Shown piece after piece: positions 38,701 to 51,193 of a stretch of 64,000 nt of DNA (positions within the stretch are counted from its first letter, which is position 1; each line of letters opens with the position of its first letter). The notes beneath the pieces are model-generated. The model made no database searches, was not told where the DNA came from, and was given only the letters and a program-made list of their open reading frames with translations. This stretch comes from Peribolospora baueri (Eukaryota). The stretch is taken from positions 1 to 64,000 of the forward strand of contig JAMDHS010000009.1 of the NCBI GenBank assembly GCA_029717555.1, read 5' to 3'. A program made the translations under genes and the position numbers.

Positions 38701-39253
38701 GCGCGATCGGCCTCCTCAACCCCTCTTTCGTTCTCCCCTTTCTCACCACTTTTCAGTCGGCTTCTTCTCGATCGAGCACCGCCGCGTCTTCCGCCACCTC
38801 GAGCCACGCTAGCGACGAGGCGACGCCCGCCTATCGAGCGGGCGCTTTCGTCCGCGACGCCTACGCCGTCCGGATCACGCCCTTCGTGTTGGATCAGTAC
38901 GCGACCGAGTTTGACGAGGCGTGTCGGGCGCGCAACGCTCACGTCCGCGAGCTCGAAGGCCTTCGCCTCGTCAACCGCGCTTTGGCGGAAAAAGTCAAGG
39001 AGTTGGAGACCAGTCTCGCCCAGCTCAACACAGAGCATTGCGATCTGGTCAAAAGTTTGGTCATGGCAAAGTTGGAGAAGGAAGAGATTGAGGAGCAGGT
39101 ACGTGCACTTTGCCGCCATTCCGTCCGACGTCGCGTTTGGTCGGAGATTTGTCCGCTGACAGGGACTCGCTTTTCCCGCTCGCTCTTCGTCCACAGTTGG
39201 TCAAGTATAAGCTCATGTATGCCGAGCTTTTCCTTTCCTCTTCCTCTGGCTAG
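35725..39253 (+). CDS. TBC-domain Rab GTPase-activating protein (Gyp5/EVI5-like) with C-terminal coiled coil
   Basis: IDWDFWG, GIPAALRGMLWQLM, IRRDLSRTFP (Arg finger), GYMQG (Gln finger), EEAFCVLVRLM, MYASQW, FSYRFPL. Confidence 0.9.
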
Positions 39254-39403
39254 AGCGATGAGAGATGATATATAGTCACATCAGGCGATCGGGAGCCTCA
39301 CTTTGTCGCTAGTCCGAGCCAGCCGATCGCGGGGCGGCACCAGCGGTGCCAGGAATACATCATCCTCCTTTCCTCTCCTCCCCTCTAGTCGTGGTCTCCC
39401 AAC

Positions 39404-40018
39404 CTATCCCGCTCGTCGCCCCGCACGTCCGGGGCGACGACGAGAGTGGCCGCCGGTGCTCGTCTGCCCGCCCTCGTTGCCGTTTTTCCCTCCTCTCCCA
39501 CCATCGCCGCCTTTGCCTCCGTTACCGCCGATCGCGATGGTGTCACCGCTCAGAACGTTGACACTGTGAGGGCCGGACGAGTTGTTGGCATGCGCTACGT
39601 TGTGGCCCATCGCTCCGCCGCCTCCCCCTCCTCCACCGGCGAGTTGGGCGGCCTTGGCATTCGACGCGTCGTTGCCTTGGTCGTTCGCGTTGCCGTCGTC
39701 GACGGCCTGCTGGTTGCCCTTGCCCGCGAAGCCGGCTTGCTCGGCATGGTGCGCGCGAGCCAGGTCGTCATCGAAAGGGGGCCGAGGAGAGTGACCGTGG
39801 TGGGAATAATAGCCGTGCTGATGAGAGGAGGAGCCGCCGTTGCCGTAAAGGATCTCGTGAACGACCTTGTCGCTGCGCTCGAACACGGCCAATGCCAATG
39901 CCTCCTCTGACGCCCGAACGTGGGCTACGGGTCGGCTGAGGACGATGGGAAGAGGGGCAGACGAGACGGAAGCGATGAGGACAATGGCAAGCAGCAGCAC
40001 GGCACAGTGCGCATTCAT
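39404..40018 (-). CDS. Small secreted Gly/His/Asn-rich hypothetical protein (~204 aa)
   Basis: ORF beginning MNAHCAVLLLAIVLIASVSS-APL (signal-peptide-like), with GGNGGKGGDGGRGG repeats. Confidence 0.65.
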   Translation of the reverse strand: MNAHCAVLLLAIVLIASVSSAPLPIVLSRPVAHVRASEEALALAVFERSDKVVHEILYGNGGSSSHQHGYYSHHGHSPRPPFDDDLARAHHAEQAGFAGKGNQQAVDDGNANDQGNDASNAKAAQLAGGGGGGGGAMGHNVAHANNSSGPHSVNVLSGDTIAIGGNGGKGGDGGRGGKNGNEGGQTSTGGHSRRRPGRAGRRAG

Positions 40019-40398
40019 CTTGGCTTGACGACAGGCGCGGCGATTGGTGCGGCGAATGCTAGACATCGCAGCGGGGCAACGATAGAAGCGAACGGGGGTG
40101 ACCCGTGGAGACGTGAAATGGATGGCTCTGCGGAACGATGGTCGTGAGGAATCGTCGGTCGTCAGTTGTCGTGCTTGTCGTTACTGGTTGGGGGCCTAGA
40201 GGCGGTAGGCGGTCTTGGTGCTGATTGATCGAGGTGGCGGAGAGAGGGAGAAAAAAAAAACGAGCTGCCCACACTGGCGCGTCTGGTCACAAATTCGTCG
40301 CGACGCACAGTCGCGATGGTCTTCGATGGCGCGCCGAAATCGGTAGGGGTACCTTGCAGCGTCTCACGAACGGGTGGTATTATACAAGAAAAATACGC

Positions 40399-41681
40399 TC
40401 ACTTGGCGAGCAGATCATAGTGCTGACGGTGGGCGGGGTAAAGGTGACAAAGGCAGTCAGACGGCTTCCAGTCACTAAAACAGAAAACGCGCGCATACAC
40501 TCACACCTGGACGGAACAGCGCAGTTCCGAGATTCAGCATCTCCCCGTCCGCCGGCTTGGAAATGGCGACGACAGAGGGTGATCAGCGTGGAGATCTCGA
40601 GGAATGTAGGGGGAGGGCTCAACTCGTGCTCGGCCTCACCTCGAACTGGACGATATCAACGATTTCGCCGGGCGCAGCGGACAGGTACGCGACGGATAGG
40701 CCGCACTTCATGGCTCTGGTCAGCGCGGTGATCTGCAGATGGTCCGCCTCCCTGCCCACCGCCTCCACCTGAGAGGAGCAAAAGTCCTCCATGCCTTGCA
40801 CGCTTCCCGGAAGCTCGTCGAGGGCGAAGAGAAAAGGCGTATACTCGTCCGAGTGGGCTCGGAGAAAGGCTGAGGTGACAAGGCGAAGGAAGACGACGAT
40901 GGAATTGGACGTTTCCGGGTTATTGAATGCCTTGAGGAGAAAATCGTTGTCCAGAGAAGAACCGGACGGGAAGAAGATGAGGTTGCGAAGCTCGTCGTAA
41001 AAGTCTTCATACACCATCTTGTCGAAGCCGGCTTGTTGAAGCAACCTGTGTGATGAGATGAGCGGCCGAACGGGTTTCGGCATGAGAGCGTCAAGATTGC
41101 GGAGGCTGTCGACAAAAAAGGGGGCGGTGCTCACGGGAAGGTGTCCTCAAGGTGCGTTCGAGCGGCCTGGACGACGTCTGGAGAGTTGGCTAGCATGAGC
41201 GCCTGGACGTATGCAAAGGCGAACGCCCTGTGTCACGTCGACGAAGGTCAGTGAAACGGTCAACAAGTCCGGCCCTGGACGCCATCTCGCCCTCCGAAGG
41301 AAGGCTCACCTGTAGAAGCAGTCCCCATCTCCCCGGAGCCGCCGAAGTCCACGAAACTGGCCGTACTTCTCGAGCCAGGCGACCTTGTTCACGAAAAGCG
41401 AGTTTTCGTATTCGGCCTGCAGGCTCGAGATGGGTTCGACTTCGCTCACGAGCGGCTTTGTATCATGGTGGCGAAGGAGAGCCGAGAAGGGTCCTATGAG
41501 TGAGCGTGAGCAAGAGGAGCGCGTACGAAGAAAAGACGTTAATCGGACTCACCGTCGACAGGGCATGCTCGTCCTTGACCTTCTGCGCGAGCTCCATGCG
41601 CTGCTGGTCCGTGAGGTCGCTCAGCTTGGTGTTCTCGTCGACGTCGACGTTGGCCGTCGGAGGAGTAGCCCCTGCGGACAT
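40399..41681 (-). CDS. Otubain-type deubiquitinase (peptidase C65), multi-exon
   Basis: RRLRGDGDCFYRAF (catalytic Cys), SNSIVVFLRL.TSA, EADHLQITAL, LFRPGHYD. Confidence 0.9.
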
Positions 41682-42367
41682 GGTTTCACAGCAGAGATGG
41701 GGCAGATGACGGGACGTGGGAAGGTAAAAAGAAAGGGAAGGGTGAGGATGGAAGGGCGATGGGGGAGGAATGAATGAATGTGTTATTCTTCGCCCACGAT
41801 CGACGCCCTTCCTCCCCACACGCACGATCGACGTCCACGCCTGGACGACCACGTGACCCGAGCGTCGACTGCGGCAACCCCGCGAAACAACTTAAACGCC
41901 GGGGAGTGTCGCGAGTGAGTAGCTGAACGGAAGCGAGTCGTTCGCAACGGGAAAAGAGAGAAAGAGCTGGATCGATTGGTGGTGATCCTCCAGGGGTGCT
42001 CTGACTCCCTGTTCTTATATAGTGTACATGGAATAAGGCTCAGGGGATGGGTAGCAATGAGAAGTAATGGGAAACGAATCACGTTCGCCAGCGTAAGCGG
42101 GTGTGTGAACAATGAGGAATACAACGGGGCGTATGTATGCCATAACAAGGGAGAGAGACAGAGAGAGATGGCAAGATCGTTCCAATTCATGAGATTGCAA
42201 GAAAGCCGCCGTAAACCGATCCTAGTCATGTCATCGCCTTTGCAGGGACGAAAGAAAAATGGAAGGACCTAAAGGTAAGAGGCGGGGGGGAATATGTACG
42301 TGTCGTGTCTGTTTGCGGCCGGCTAGCCATGTCCGCATCCGGTACATCTCTCGATTTTGGTTTCATA

Positions 42368-45300
42368 TCATGTGGAAAGAAGGGAAACGTCTGCTGCGCC
42401 CTCCTTCCTCGCCTCCCTCGCCTCCGCCCTCTTCCTACACTCCCTCTCCATCCGATCCGTCTCGCGCGACCACATTCTCGTCATCACGTCCACCACCGCC
42501 CTGCTCGCCGTGTCTCCGGCGCCGCTCCCGCTGGCCGCGGAGACCGAGGTGAGGCCCTTCACAACGTCCTCCTCGACCACGTCGAGGCGCACCGCCCGGT
42601 CGCCGCCAGCGGCCGACAGCTTCTTCTTGGACGGAGAAGAGGATGAGGTGGCGGATAGACGGGATTTGCTGGGAGAGACCAACGTGCCTCCGCCGGACGC
42701 CGCGGAGGCGGCGGCGGAAAGGGCCGAGGTGCGCACCACCGCATTGACTTCGAGCAGGTTGAGCACGTCAAGGAACTCGGTCGACTCAAGCGGCTCGAAT
42801 GCGCCGTCGTTCCTCAGCAGCCCTTCGTACGTCCTCTGCACCACGGACACGCTCACTAGTTCGATCGATGCGTCGCCGCCCGCCGTCGTCTTGCCCTTGC
42901 CCTTGCCGTTGGCCGCCGCCGCCGCCGACGGTTCGGCGCCGAGAGAGGGCAACCCGGCGAGGGCGCGACGACGGGCGACGAGGAGGGCGAGGAGAACAAG
43001 CTTGGGCTGGAGGTGGAGGCCGCGCACCTTGGCGAGGTTGGGCGATCCGAGGACGGAGCTTAGGACCTTGAGAATGTGCGCCGGGCTCACCTTGGGCGCG
43101 CTGGCGGGAGTGAGGTGAGCGAGGGCGGTCGCCGTCGCCGTCGGCATGACGTTCGCGCTCGTCTGCGATCCGCACGTCGTCGTCGTCTTGCGCGTCGGGG
43201 TAGTGAAGGGAACGGGAGCGGTGGGGTGAAGGGGAACGCTCGCCTTTTTCCGCTGCTCCATCTCCACCAGCTCGATGGCGAGGCGCGCGGCGTCGAGAGC
43301 CTTGCGCAAGTCGCCCGACGCCGCAGCCACCTTCCTCGCGCACAGCTCCAGGGCTGGAGCGGAGAAGATGGGCGGCAGTGACTGGACGGAGGCAGCGGTG
43401 GACTGGGGCTGGGGCTGGGCGGCGCCAACTTGGATCGGCGGCGTCGTCGCTGCCGGCTCGTCGTACCTCTCTCTGAGACCGGCGAGGCGAGCTCTGACGA
43501 CGGCGGTGATGTCCTTGCTCTCGAACGGACCAAAGTGGAGCAGTAGAGGCTGGACGCCCTTGGCGGCGAGCAGAGGAAGAAAGCGTGAGGTGAGGTCGAG
43601 CGCGTTTGCGATGCCGATGAGGGAGAAGCCGGGGAAGGACGCGCCGGAGGCATAAGAGAAGAGACGGTAGAGGACGTTCTGGTGGGCGCGACAGCGAACG
43701 AGGTGGTCGATCTCGTCGAGGATCACGAGGCGTCTCTTGGCCTTAGCGCCGCCAGCATCCTCGTGCAAGGCTTCCTCGAGACGTCTCTCTTCGGTGCCCG
43801 GGGCGACGTCGGTGACGCCCATACGGGCCAGGAGGGCGCCGAGGACGTCTCGCGGGTGCGAGAAGGACATGCAATTGAACATCACCGCCTCGACGTCGAC
43901 GCCGGTGAACGTCGCGGTGGGGAGGAGCTTGGCGAGGACGTCGCGCACCAACGCCGTCTTTCCGGTGCCGGGCGAGCCTGAGATGTACAAGCACCTCTGC
44001 TGGGCGACCGGAGCGGCGGCGAGAAGGCGCGAACGGATAAAATCCTCCACCTCGGCCCGCTCCGTCTCGCGACCGACGATCTCCAACTGATGAGAATGAG
44101 GACCGGGCGCTTCGTCGTCGGTCTGCGACGCGTATCGAAGGAGGGCTCGAGCGTGAGCGTACACGTTGGGAAACTGAAGCTCAGTGTCCTTCTTGTCGGC
44201 CTCGGCCTCCACGACGTCGATGTCGGTCGCCGCCGGAGAGGTCTCGCGGCTGCGTTGGCTGGTGACGTCAAAGAGACTGGATAAGTCGGATGACGCCATA
44301 GAAGACGAGGCGGAAGACGAGACAGACACGGACGGAGCGGGAGACAGGCGATGATGGCTCGAGGCGGCGGCGGTGCGGATGCGCATCCTCGACATCGGGG
44401 TCGTCGGCGGAGGGGCTAGTTCGTCGGCGGCCAGCATGGCGTCTTCGTCGATGGGCACGGTGACGGACGGGGAGCGCGACGCTGGGGACGCGAGACTTCT
44501 TCGGACGGAAATCCTCTTCGACGGCGTCCTCGGCGGTTCTGAAGAAAAGAAGATGGAAAGGCGGGCGTGGTGAATGGAATGAAATGGACGTGTGCGATGG
44601 CGCGGGCGTTGCTCACGGCGACGACACTCACCTTCAGTGGCAGCCGACCTCTTGTTCGGTCCTCGTCGAGAGGGAGACGCGACGGTGTCCATCGCCGCCG
44701 ACACGCTCCTCGTCCTCCGCATTCCGACTTGCGAGGCGGCGGAGCGGGCGTCGCTGTCGTGCGACGGCGGAGGGTCGTCGGTCATGCCGGCGTCGGAGCG
44801 GCGGGAGCGTAAGGAATACCTCCTTTCCATGGCGGCGGTGGGGCGTCCGGTCGAAGAGCGTCGACTGGCGCGTCGAGCGGCGACTGGAGAAGAGTCGTCG
44901 AGGGAGGCGGTCGCGGAGGACGCATTGACGTTGCGGAAAGGAGGCACGTTTTCCTTGTTGCTGTCGTCGTGGCGATCGTCGGCGGGGCCTTCGCGGTCCT
45001 CCTCACTCTCTTCGCCGCCTCCCTTGCCCGACGAGCTGACTCGAAAGGTGATGGACGCGGAGGCGAGAGAAGGCGCGGGGGAGGGTGCGCGCGAAGCGCT
45101 CGAGACGGGGCAGGAAGCCGAGGCGGAACGCGTCCTGATCTCGCTCCTCGGGGGTATCGCCTCGGCAACCGCGGAGGAGGACGAGGATGAAGGGAGGGGC
45201 GAGATGGGACGAGGAGCATTATCGCACGAGGCGGCGGCGCACTGGCCTGGCGGTGTTCGATGCGGTTCTTCAGAGGCGGCGGCGGCGGCAGCAGCGGCGG

Positions 45301-45394
45301 CGATGCGAGAGGAAGAACGCTTGACGGGCGACGTCCTGGACGCGGCTGGGAACTGGGAAGGCGAATTACGCTTGCCCAAGACGGCGGACGACAT
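42368..45394 (-). CDS. CDC6: Replication-licensing AAA+ ATPase Cdc6/Cdc18 (one likely in-frame intron ~44540-44631)
   Basis: GRETE, LYISGSPGTGKT (Walker A), NCMS, VILDEIDHL (Walker B), IGIANALDLT.RFLP, ELCARKVAAASGDLRKALD. Confidence 0.93.
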   Translation of the reverse strand: MSSAVLGKRNSPSQFPAASRTSPVKRSSSRIAAAAAAAAASEEPHRTPPGQCAAASCDNAPRPISPLPSSSSSSAVAEAIPPRSEIRTRSASASCPVSSASRAPSPAPSLASASITFRVSSSGKGGGEESEEDREGPADDRHDDSNKENVPPFRNVNASSATASLDDSSPVAARRASRRSSTGRPTAAMERRYSLRSRRSDAGMTDDPPPSHDSDARSAASQVGMRRTRSVSAAMDTVASPSRRGPNKRSAATEGECRRREQRPRHRTRPFHSIHHARLSIFFSSEPPRTPSKRISVRRSLASPASRSPSVTVPIDEDAMLAADELAPPPTTPMSRMRIRTAAASSHHRLSPAPSVSVSSSASSSMASSDLSSLFDVTSQRSRETSPAATDIDVVEAEADKKDTELQFPNVYAHARALLRYASQTDDEAPGPHSHQLEIVGRETERAEVEDFIRSRLLAAAPVAQQRCLYISGSPGTGKTALVRDVLAKLLPTATFTGVDVEAVMFNCMSFSHPRDVLGALLARMGVTDVAPGTEERRLEEALHEDAGGAKAKRRLVILDEIDHLVRCRAHQNVLYRLFSYASGASFPGFSLIGIANALDLTSRFLPLLAAKGVQPLLLHFGPFESKDITAVVRARLAGLRERYDEPAATTPPIQVGAAQPQPQSTAASVQSLPPIFSAPALELCARKVAAASGDLRKALDAARLAIELVEMEQRKKASVPLHPTAPVPFTTPTRKTTTTCGSQTSANVMPTATATALAHLTPASAPKVSPAHILKVLSSVLGSPNLAKVRGLHLQPKLVLLALLVARRRALAGLPSLGAEPSAAAAANGKGKGKTTAGGDASIELVSVSVVQRTYEGLLRNDGAFEPLESTEFLDVLNLLEVNAVVRTSALSAAASAASGGGTLVSPSKSRLSATSSSSPSKKKLSAAGGDRAVRLDVVEEDVVKGLTSVSAASGSGAGDTASRAVVDVMTRMWSRETDRMERECRKRAEAREARKEGAADVSLLST

Positions 45395-45682
45395 GATGTG
45401 CAGAATCGAGGCGAGTTGAGGCGAGCCGAGACGAGCCGTCTAGTCGAGCCTTTAGTCGAGCCTGGAGGAGAGGGGAAGGAGGGGCGAGGAGGAGGCGAAG
45501 TGGATGGGGGAGGGTGAGGACGACGTGAAGGGAGTGAAGATAGGATCGTAGAGGGAACGATGGGACAAGAAGTATCAAGGAAGGGACGACACGGAGGGGA
45601 GGGAGAAGGAGGAGGCAGGAGGAGGAGGGGCGGAGAGGAATGCCGGATAGAGCCTGGCTCGACAATGGCCTCTTTTTAAATG

Positions 45683-45783
45683 GGCGCGGGGCGTCGAGAC
45701 GCGCACCGCGCAAATGATCGCGTACGCGGTGCAGTAACGCGGTAACCCTATGAGGTCGGCCGGTCACGCTCGCGGTCACGCGT
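45683..45783. promoter_or_regulatory. Cluster of MCB-like (ACGCG/ACGCGT) boxes upstream of CDC6
   Basis: ACGCG at 45699, 45724 and 45737, ACGCGT at 45778, next to an AT-rich TATA-like element at 45673-45680. Confidence 0.6.
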
Positions 45784-46222
45784 GGGTGGGTGACTGCTAA
45801 GGAGACGGTCAGGCAGGCAAGCGGGCGAACAGACAAACAGAAAGAAAGGCAGACAGGTATCCCATTCATCATCAAAGCTCCTCGTCATAATAAAGACCGA
45901 GCGATGTATAGCGTGCAGCAAGAAGGGAGGGAGGGAGGACGGAGGACGAAAAGGAGGAGCACAGTACAAATACCAAAGAGAGCGAAGCGAAGCCAAGGCC
46001 GAGGCCGAGGGCCGAGCGGGAAAAAAGAAGAAAAGTCAGTCGAATCGAGTCGAGTTCGAGGTGGTACAAACGAAGGGCGCGAAGGACAAGGCGAAGGAAG
46101 GCGAAGAAGAAAAAGAAGAACGAAGGCGTAACGGGTCGTGAGAGCAGGAAGGATGAGAGGGACGAAGTAGGGGCGGGCGAACGGCATCTTGTCTCTTCGA
46201 CGGTCTACCACGTCGGACTGGC

Positions 46223-49200
46223 TCAGAACAAGCCCCAACCCCCACCGCCACGCTTGGGAGCCTGAGTCTGCCGGTGGAGCTTGACCAACGTGTCCAGCTT
46301 CTCCATCACCAGCTCCAGCTTCTCCTTGCGCTCTTGCAAGTCCAGGTGTCTGTCCGATGTCAGTGTGCAGGGGAAAAGACGAGGGTCAGCGCCAGGAGAA
46401 AAGAAGACAAGGGTCAGCGACCGACCCGGCGATCCAACAAAACCAGGTGCGGCGCGGCGCCTCACTCACCTTCGAATCGCGGGATTCTCCCTCGCAAAGC
46501 TGGCCAGCTCGCCCTTGTTCAGGTCGTACACAAGCTTGGAGTCGATTTCGCGAGGGAACTGTGAGCGAGAGAAGAGGGAGAGGAGCGTGTGTGGGTCAAC
46601 GATAGATCGATCGACCGACGAGACGGACAGCTTGCTCGCCGACAGACCGAACGGACTAACCTGATAGAAGAACTCGGCAAGGAGCTCAATGTTGATAAAC
46701 ATAACAGCCGTGTAGGTGAGCTTATCAGCGACGACGTTAAGGAACGCCTCCGGGCAGAACGCTTTCTGGTCTGGTCCCGCTCTGCACCGCTTCGAGTTGA
46801 GTGCGGCGAGGCGGAGCTTGAGGATGGCGGAGCGGCCGGAGAGGAACATGGCTTCTCGGGCTGTTGGCAGGAGAAAAAATAAAAAAAACAGGTCAGGTCG
46901 GTCGGCCGGGTAAGAAACATGTCCAATCACGCCCCGCCGTACGCACCCTTGAGAAGCAAAGCCGAGTTGAAATCAGGCCTCGTCGGATCCTGGTCCTCCT
47001 CCTCGTCGAGGGCCGCGACCGCAGCAGCGCCTCCATCGTCCCTTGCGCGTATCCTAGCGATCGCCCGCCTACGGTCCCTCTCCTCGAGCTCCTTCACGTA
47101 CTCCACCGCGCCCTTGAGTCTCCTCGAGCCAATGGCAGACCGGATCTTCTTCAACGCGTCCTCGCACATCGTCAACTCGCGCTCGACGAGCGCCACGCTC
47201 CTCTGTCGTCCTTCCTCCCACTCCACCGGCGTAACCTCGACCTCGTACTTGAACGGCTTCACACAGTTCTCCACCTGGTCCGCCGTCAGACTGAACCGGT
47301 CGCGGAGGATGGTGTGGGAGAATTGGAGGATGCGTTCCGCCGCCGACGGGTGGTGGCTGAACGGCTCGCCTTGGGCAATCTGCTCGATGCTGTTCCGCAG
47401 CGCGTCAACGACCAGCTGCGTCGCCTGCCGCCCGACGCCCATCTTGGTCAACGCGCTGGCCGACGCGTCCAGCTTGTACTGCCAGTAGTTGTCTAGCTCC
47501 ATGGGCTCCAGCTTTCGGTCCTGGCCGAGCTTGGTCAACTCAGTCGTCTTGGCGTCGTTCCAGTAGATCTGCGCCAAAATGTCCATCACTTTTTCGTCCA
47601 GCGCCGCCTTGAGCAGGCCGCGCACTTGCGGCTTGCCGAAGCGCTCGGTGAACTCTTTGAACCGGTGTTTGAGCGCATCCATCGTCTCGGCCACGTACGA
47701 CTCGGCGGTGATCGACCGGTCGTTGTACTGCACCTTGAACTGGTACGCGGCCTCCTCGAGTTCGAGCTGGACGGCGTTGGCGATATCGTGCAACGACGCG
47801 CCCATGCTCTCCTCCAGCACCTCCATCAGCCTCCGACGAAGCGTGTCGGTGCCGACCATTGTCGGGCGCTCGGCGGCGGTGGCGGCGAAGTGTTGCCGGT
47901 GGGCACGGAAGTAGTCGTCCTCCTGACGGAGCACGGCACCTGTCATGTTGGCGTCACCGTGACGGTCGTGACCGCCGGACGAACGCCAGCCGAGCTTTTT
48001 CTTGGTCACCACGCCGACGTAGCCGAGCGCGAGCGGGTACTTGTTGTGGCGGAGGATGGAGGCGCCAACGTCCGGGGGAACGAGGTCCATCTTGGTGATC
48101 ACGCCGATGGTCCGCATGCCCAGCGGGTCCATCCGTCTGCTCGCCCGGAGCGCCGGCGAGTTGGCGAGGTCCACGTCGGCGGCGCAGACGGCGAGGATGA
48201 TATTGGGCTCGCGGATGTACTTGTCACAAAGGTCGGAGATGCGCTCCTTGAGCTCCTCCGGCTGATCGATGCTGCTGATCTGGATGTAACCGGGTAGGTC
48301 GATGAGGCTCAGGTCGGGCACGTGGGGACTGTAGATGCGGAGCTCGATGGGCGAGTCGGACACGCATTCCTCCGCTGGCACGGCCAGGTTGAGGTCGGTG
48401 AGCGTCTTCTGGACGCGCTCGAAGGACGTCATCTTGCCGAGACCGAGGCTGGGGAACTCGGCGTACTCCTCCCTGCCGCCGGCTCCTCGGGTGTTGATGA
48501 GGGTGAGCTCGATAGGACGGCGGGTGACCATATTGTCTCCTCTGCGAGCGGGAGGAGAAAGTGAGAGCGGGGTCAGCCAGGCCCAGTCCGGAGGGCGCGC
48601 GCGTCCGGCCCACTCACTTTGGCAAAAACTCGTGTCCGACGATGGCCTCGAGCACCGAGCTCTTTCCCGAGCTCTGGCTTCCGATGACGACGATGCTAGG
48701 TAGCTTGAGGTTATCGGTGTGGTCGACGCTGAGGAGGATGGACCTGATTTCGATCAACTTGCGCGTCAACATCATGAGCTCGTTTAGCTCGGTGTCGTCG
48801 CTGCCGCCGTCGGCCTCGCGCTCCTTCTTTTCGTCTTGCCCGCCCGACGACCCGAACAAGGCGGCGGCCAACGCGGCGGCGGCCCCTCCGCTGCCGGGAC
48901 CTTTATCGCCTCCTCCTCCTTCCTCTCCGCCTTGGGAAGAAGAGCGAGACTCGTCGGGCTCGCCGTCGGCGCCGCCAAAGGACGATCGAAAGTTGTCGAG
49001 GCGGCGGAAGAGATCGGAGACGAAAGCGGGTGTCTCGAGCGAGGACAGGTCAGGGACGGACATGTGATCGGTGAGGTCTCGCCATCGGTCGAGGGCGACG
49101 GAGAAGGTCTCGGAGGCGGAGTCGGACATGCGATCGTAGAGGTCGCCGAGCTTGCCTCGGTATTCTGAGCGTCGGAGGGAAGCAGACGTGCGTGTGAGAG

Positions 49201-49565
49201 AGGAGAGTAGGAGGGCGATCGATGACCGCCTTTGCTCACTCACCTTCGACCTTGTAGTTGGCGTACGCGAGGGCGCCGCCGGCGGCGGTGACGAACGCGG
49301 CGGGCAGGCGGGCGGCCCTGCCGACGAACTTGGGGAGGGCGGAGAAGCTGATGGCTCGGACGTGCATGGCGCGCCTGCGAGCGGCGTGAGCGGGGTGGAG
49401 GGCGTCATATCGGAGGAGAGGGGAAGACGAGGAAGGACGGGCAGAGAGGAGGGCGGTGGAGAGGGAGCGGCGGAGGGCGGCTGGCTGGGCAGTGATGGAG
49501 GCGGCGGACGCGGTGGTTGGCGTCCGAAGGAGTGGGCCGCGGAGGGCGAGCGCTCTGGAGATCAT
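46223..49565 (-). CDS. MGM1: Mitochondrial dynamin-like fusion GTPase Mgm1/OPA1
   Basis: Presequence plus hydrophobic segments; [61 protein letters not shown]. Confidence 0.95.
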
Positions 49566-49860
49566 GGCGTGGCGTGGCGTGGCGTGGCGCACCGGTCGGT
49601 GGTCGTTCTCGCCAAACAAGCGCCGAAAGCAGAGCGGACTGGAAAGGGCAAGGCCAGGGAGGGGATGTGGCGAACGACGGCAAACGGGTCGTCGTCGATT
49701 CCAACCAAAAAGATATTTCGCGCTTCTGTCTCGGCCGGGACGAGATGATGATCGCGTCGACGACCCGAGCCGAGGATGCCGCAGTTACCGCAGCCGTGCT
49801 TCCGGTTTGTTCTGTGCGAGGGTGGAGAGCGTCTGTAGGTGGGAGCATGTGGGCGGCGCC

Positions 49861-49891
<31 letters not shown>

Positions 49892-49935
49892 GTGTGTATG
49901 TGTTTGTGTATACCTATGTGTGTGTATGTGTATCT
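49861..49935. repeat. (TATGTG)n hexamer microsatellite
   Basis: tgtgtatgtgtatgtgtatg..., degenerating towards the right. Confidence 0.85.
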
Positions 49936-51193
49936 GTCTATCTATGTCTGCCTGTTTGCTCTCCATGTACGCGTCTCTCTCGCTTTGCCTCTGGCGGGCG
50001 GCGTGCCCTGGGGGCGAGATGTGGGAGAGACAGGGAGGCAAACAACAAACAGGCGGGTGTGCGATGCGATGTGCTTGGGGCGGGCGAAGGAAGGTGCGTG
50101 TCGGAGGTTGTCGTCGGAGGGCGAATGAGGGTGGTTAGAGTCGGTTGGTTGGTCGGTTGGTCGGTTCGATGAGGTGGAGTGGGCGCCGGAAGGAGCCGTG
50201 GGCGGCAACTAGCAAGCGGCAAGCAAGCGGCAAGCGGGCGAATCGTGCGTGTTTCCGCTTGCTCTGCTGTATTTTTTTTCGGCCGCGCGGTCTTGGAAGG
50301 GAAGGCGAAGGCGAGGGTAGGTTGTGTAGGAGGAGGTATAGCAAGGACGACGGCGAAAGGGCGAAAGGGGTCGGTCCGGTGGTGGTGAGCTCAGCTTCGT
50401 CCTCGTCCTCGTCCTCGCCGTTGCTCTTTCTTTCTTTCTTCTCCTTTCTCTCATCTCCTCTCGCCTCTTGTCCCCGCCGCCATCGTCCATCGATCATCCC
50501 ATCGCCGCGTTTTGCCGCGCCGGCCGTTTCATTCTTGCGTTCGCGTCGCTCGCCTCGCTCCTGCTTTGCTTTTGCCCGCATTCTCCGCTTTGTCCGCTTT
50601 AGCCGTCCTTAGCCGTCCTTATAGCCGTCCTTATAGCTGTCCTTTACCTTTCCTTTCCTTAATTTTTCTTCCTCTTCTCCTCTTCTCTTCTCTTCTCTTT
50701 CCTCCGCCCCGTCCAGCGCACGCCTGCTGCGGCAACGCAACCGCATAGTCCGTCCCACCTCGCCTTGCCTCCCTTCGCCCTCGCCTTCTTCTTTCTGCTT
50801 TCCTTCTTTCTTTCTTTCTTACCTTCACCTTCACCTTCATCTGCCTCCTCCCTCCCCGATCTCCTTCTCCTTCTCCTTCCTCCCCTTTTTCGTATTCCCC
50901 CCTCCCATCGCCACTGCTCTCGCCCCGCCGCGAACCCCTCGCTGCACGCCTCCATACCCCGCTCCGCCCGCCGCGTCCTTCGCCTCCACCGCCAGCCAGA
51001 CCAGACCTCATCACAACCACACCCAGAGACAGAGACACAGACCAGACGACGGCCAGACGGCTCTGCCTGCGCCCCTCGTAATTATTTGCGCAACCGTCGT
51101 CCAACCGGTCCCATCTCTTCGTCTTCCTCCTCTCGTTCTTGCTCCCCTGCCCGGCCGTGTACGGTACCCCGTCTTCGCAAGCTTCCTCAGCCA

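Noticed and set aside
41783..42360. Lower-GC stretch with a 148-aa ORF, possible insertion or ncRNA
   Set aside because: No terminal repeats, no recognisable RNA structure and no protein motif; consistent with the CDC6 3' region plus the otubain promoter.
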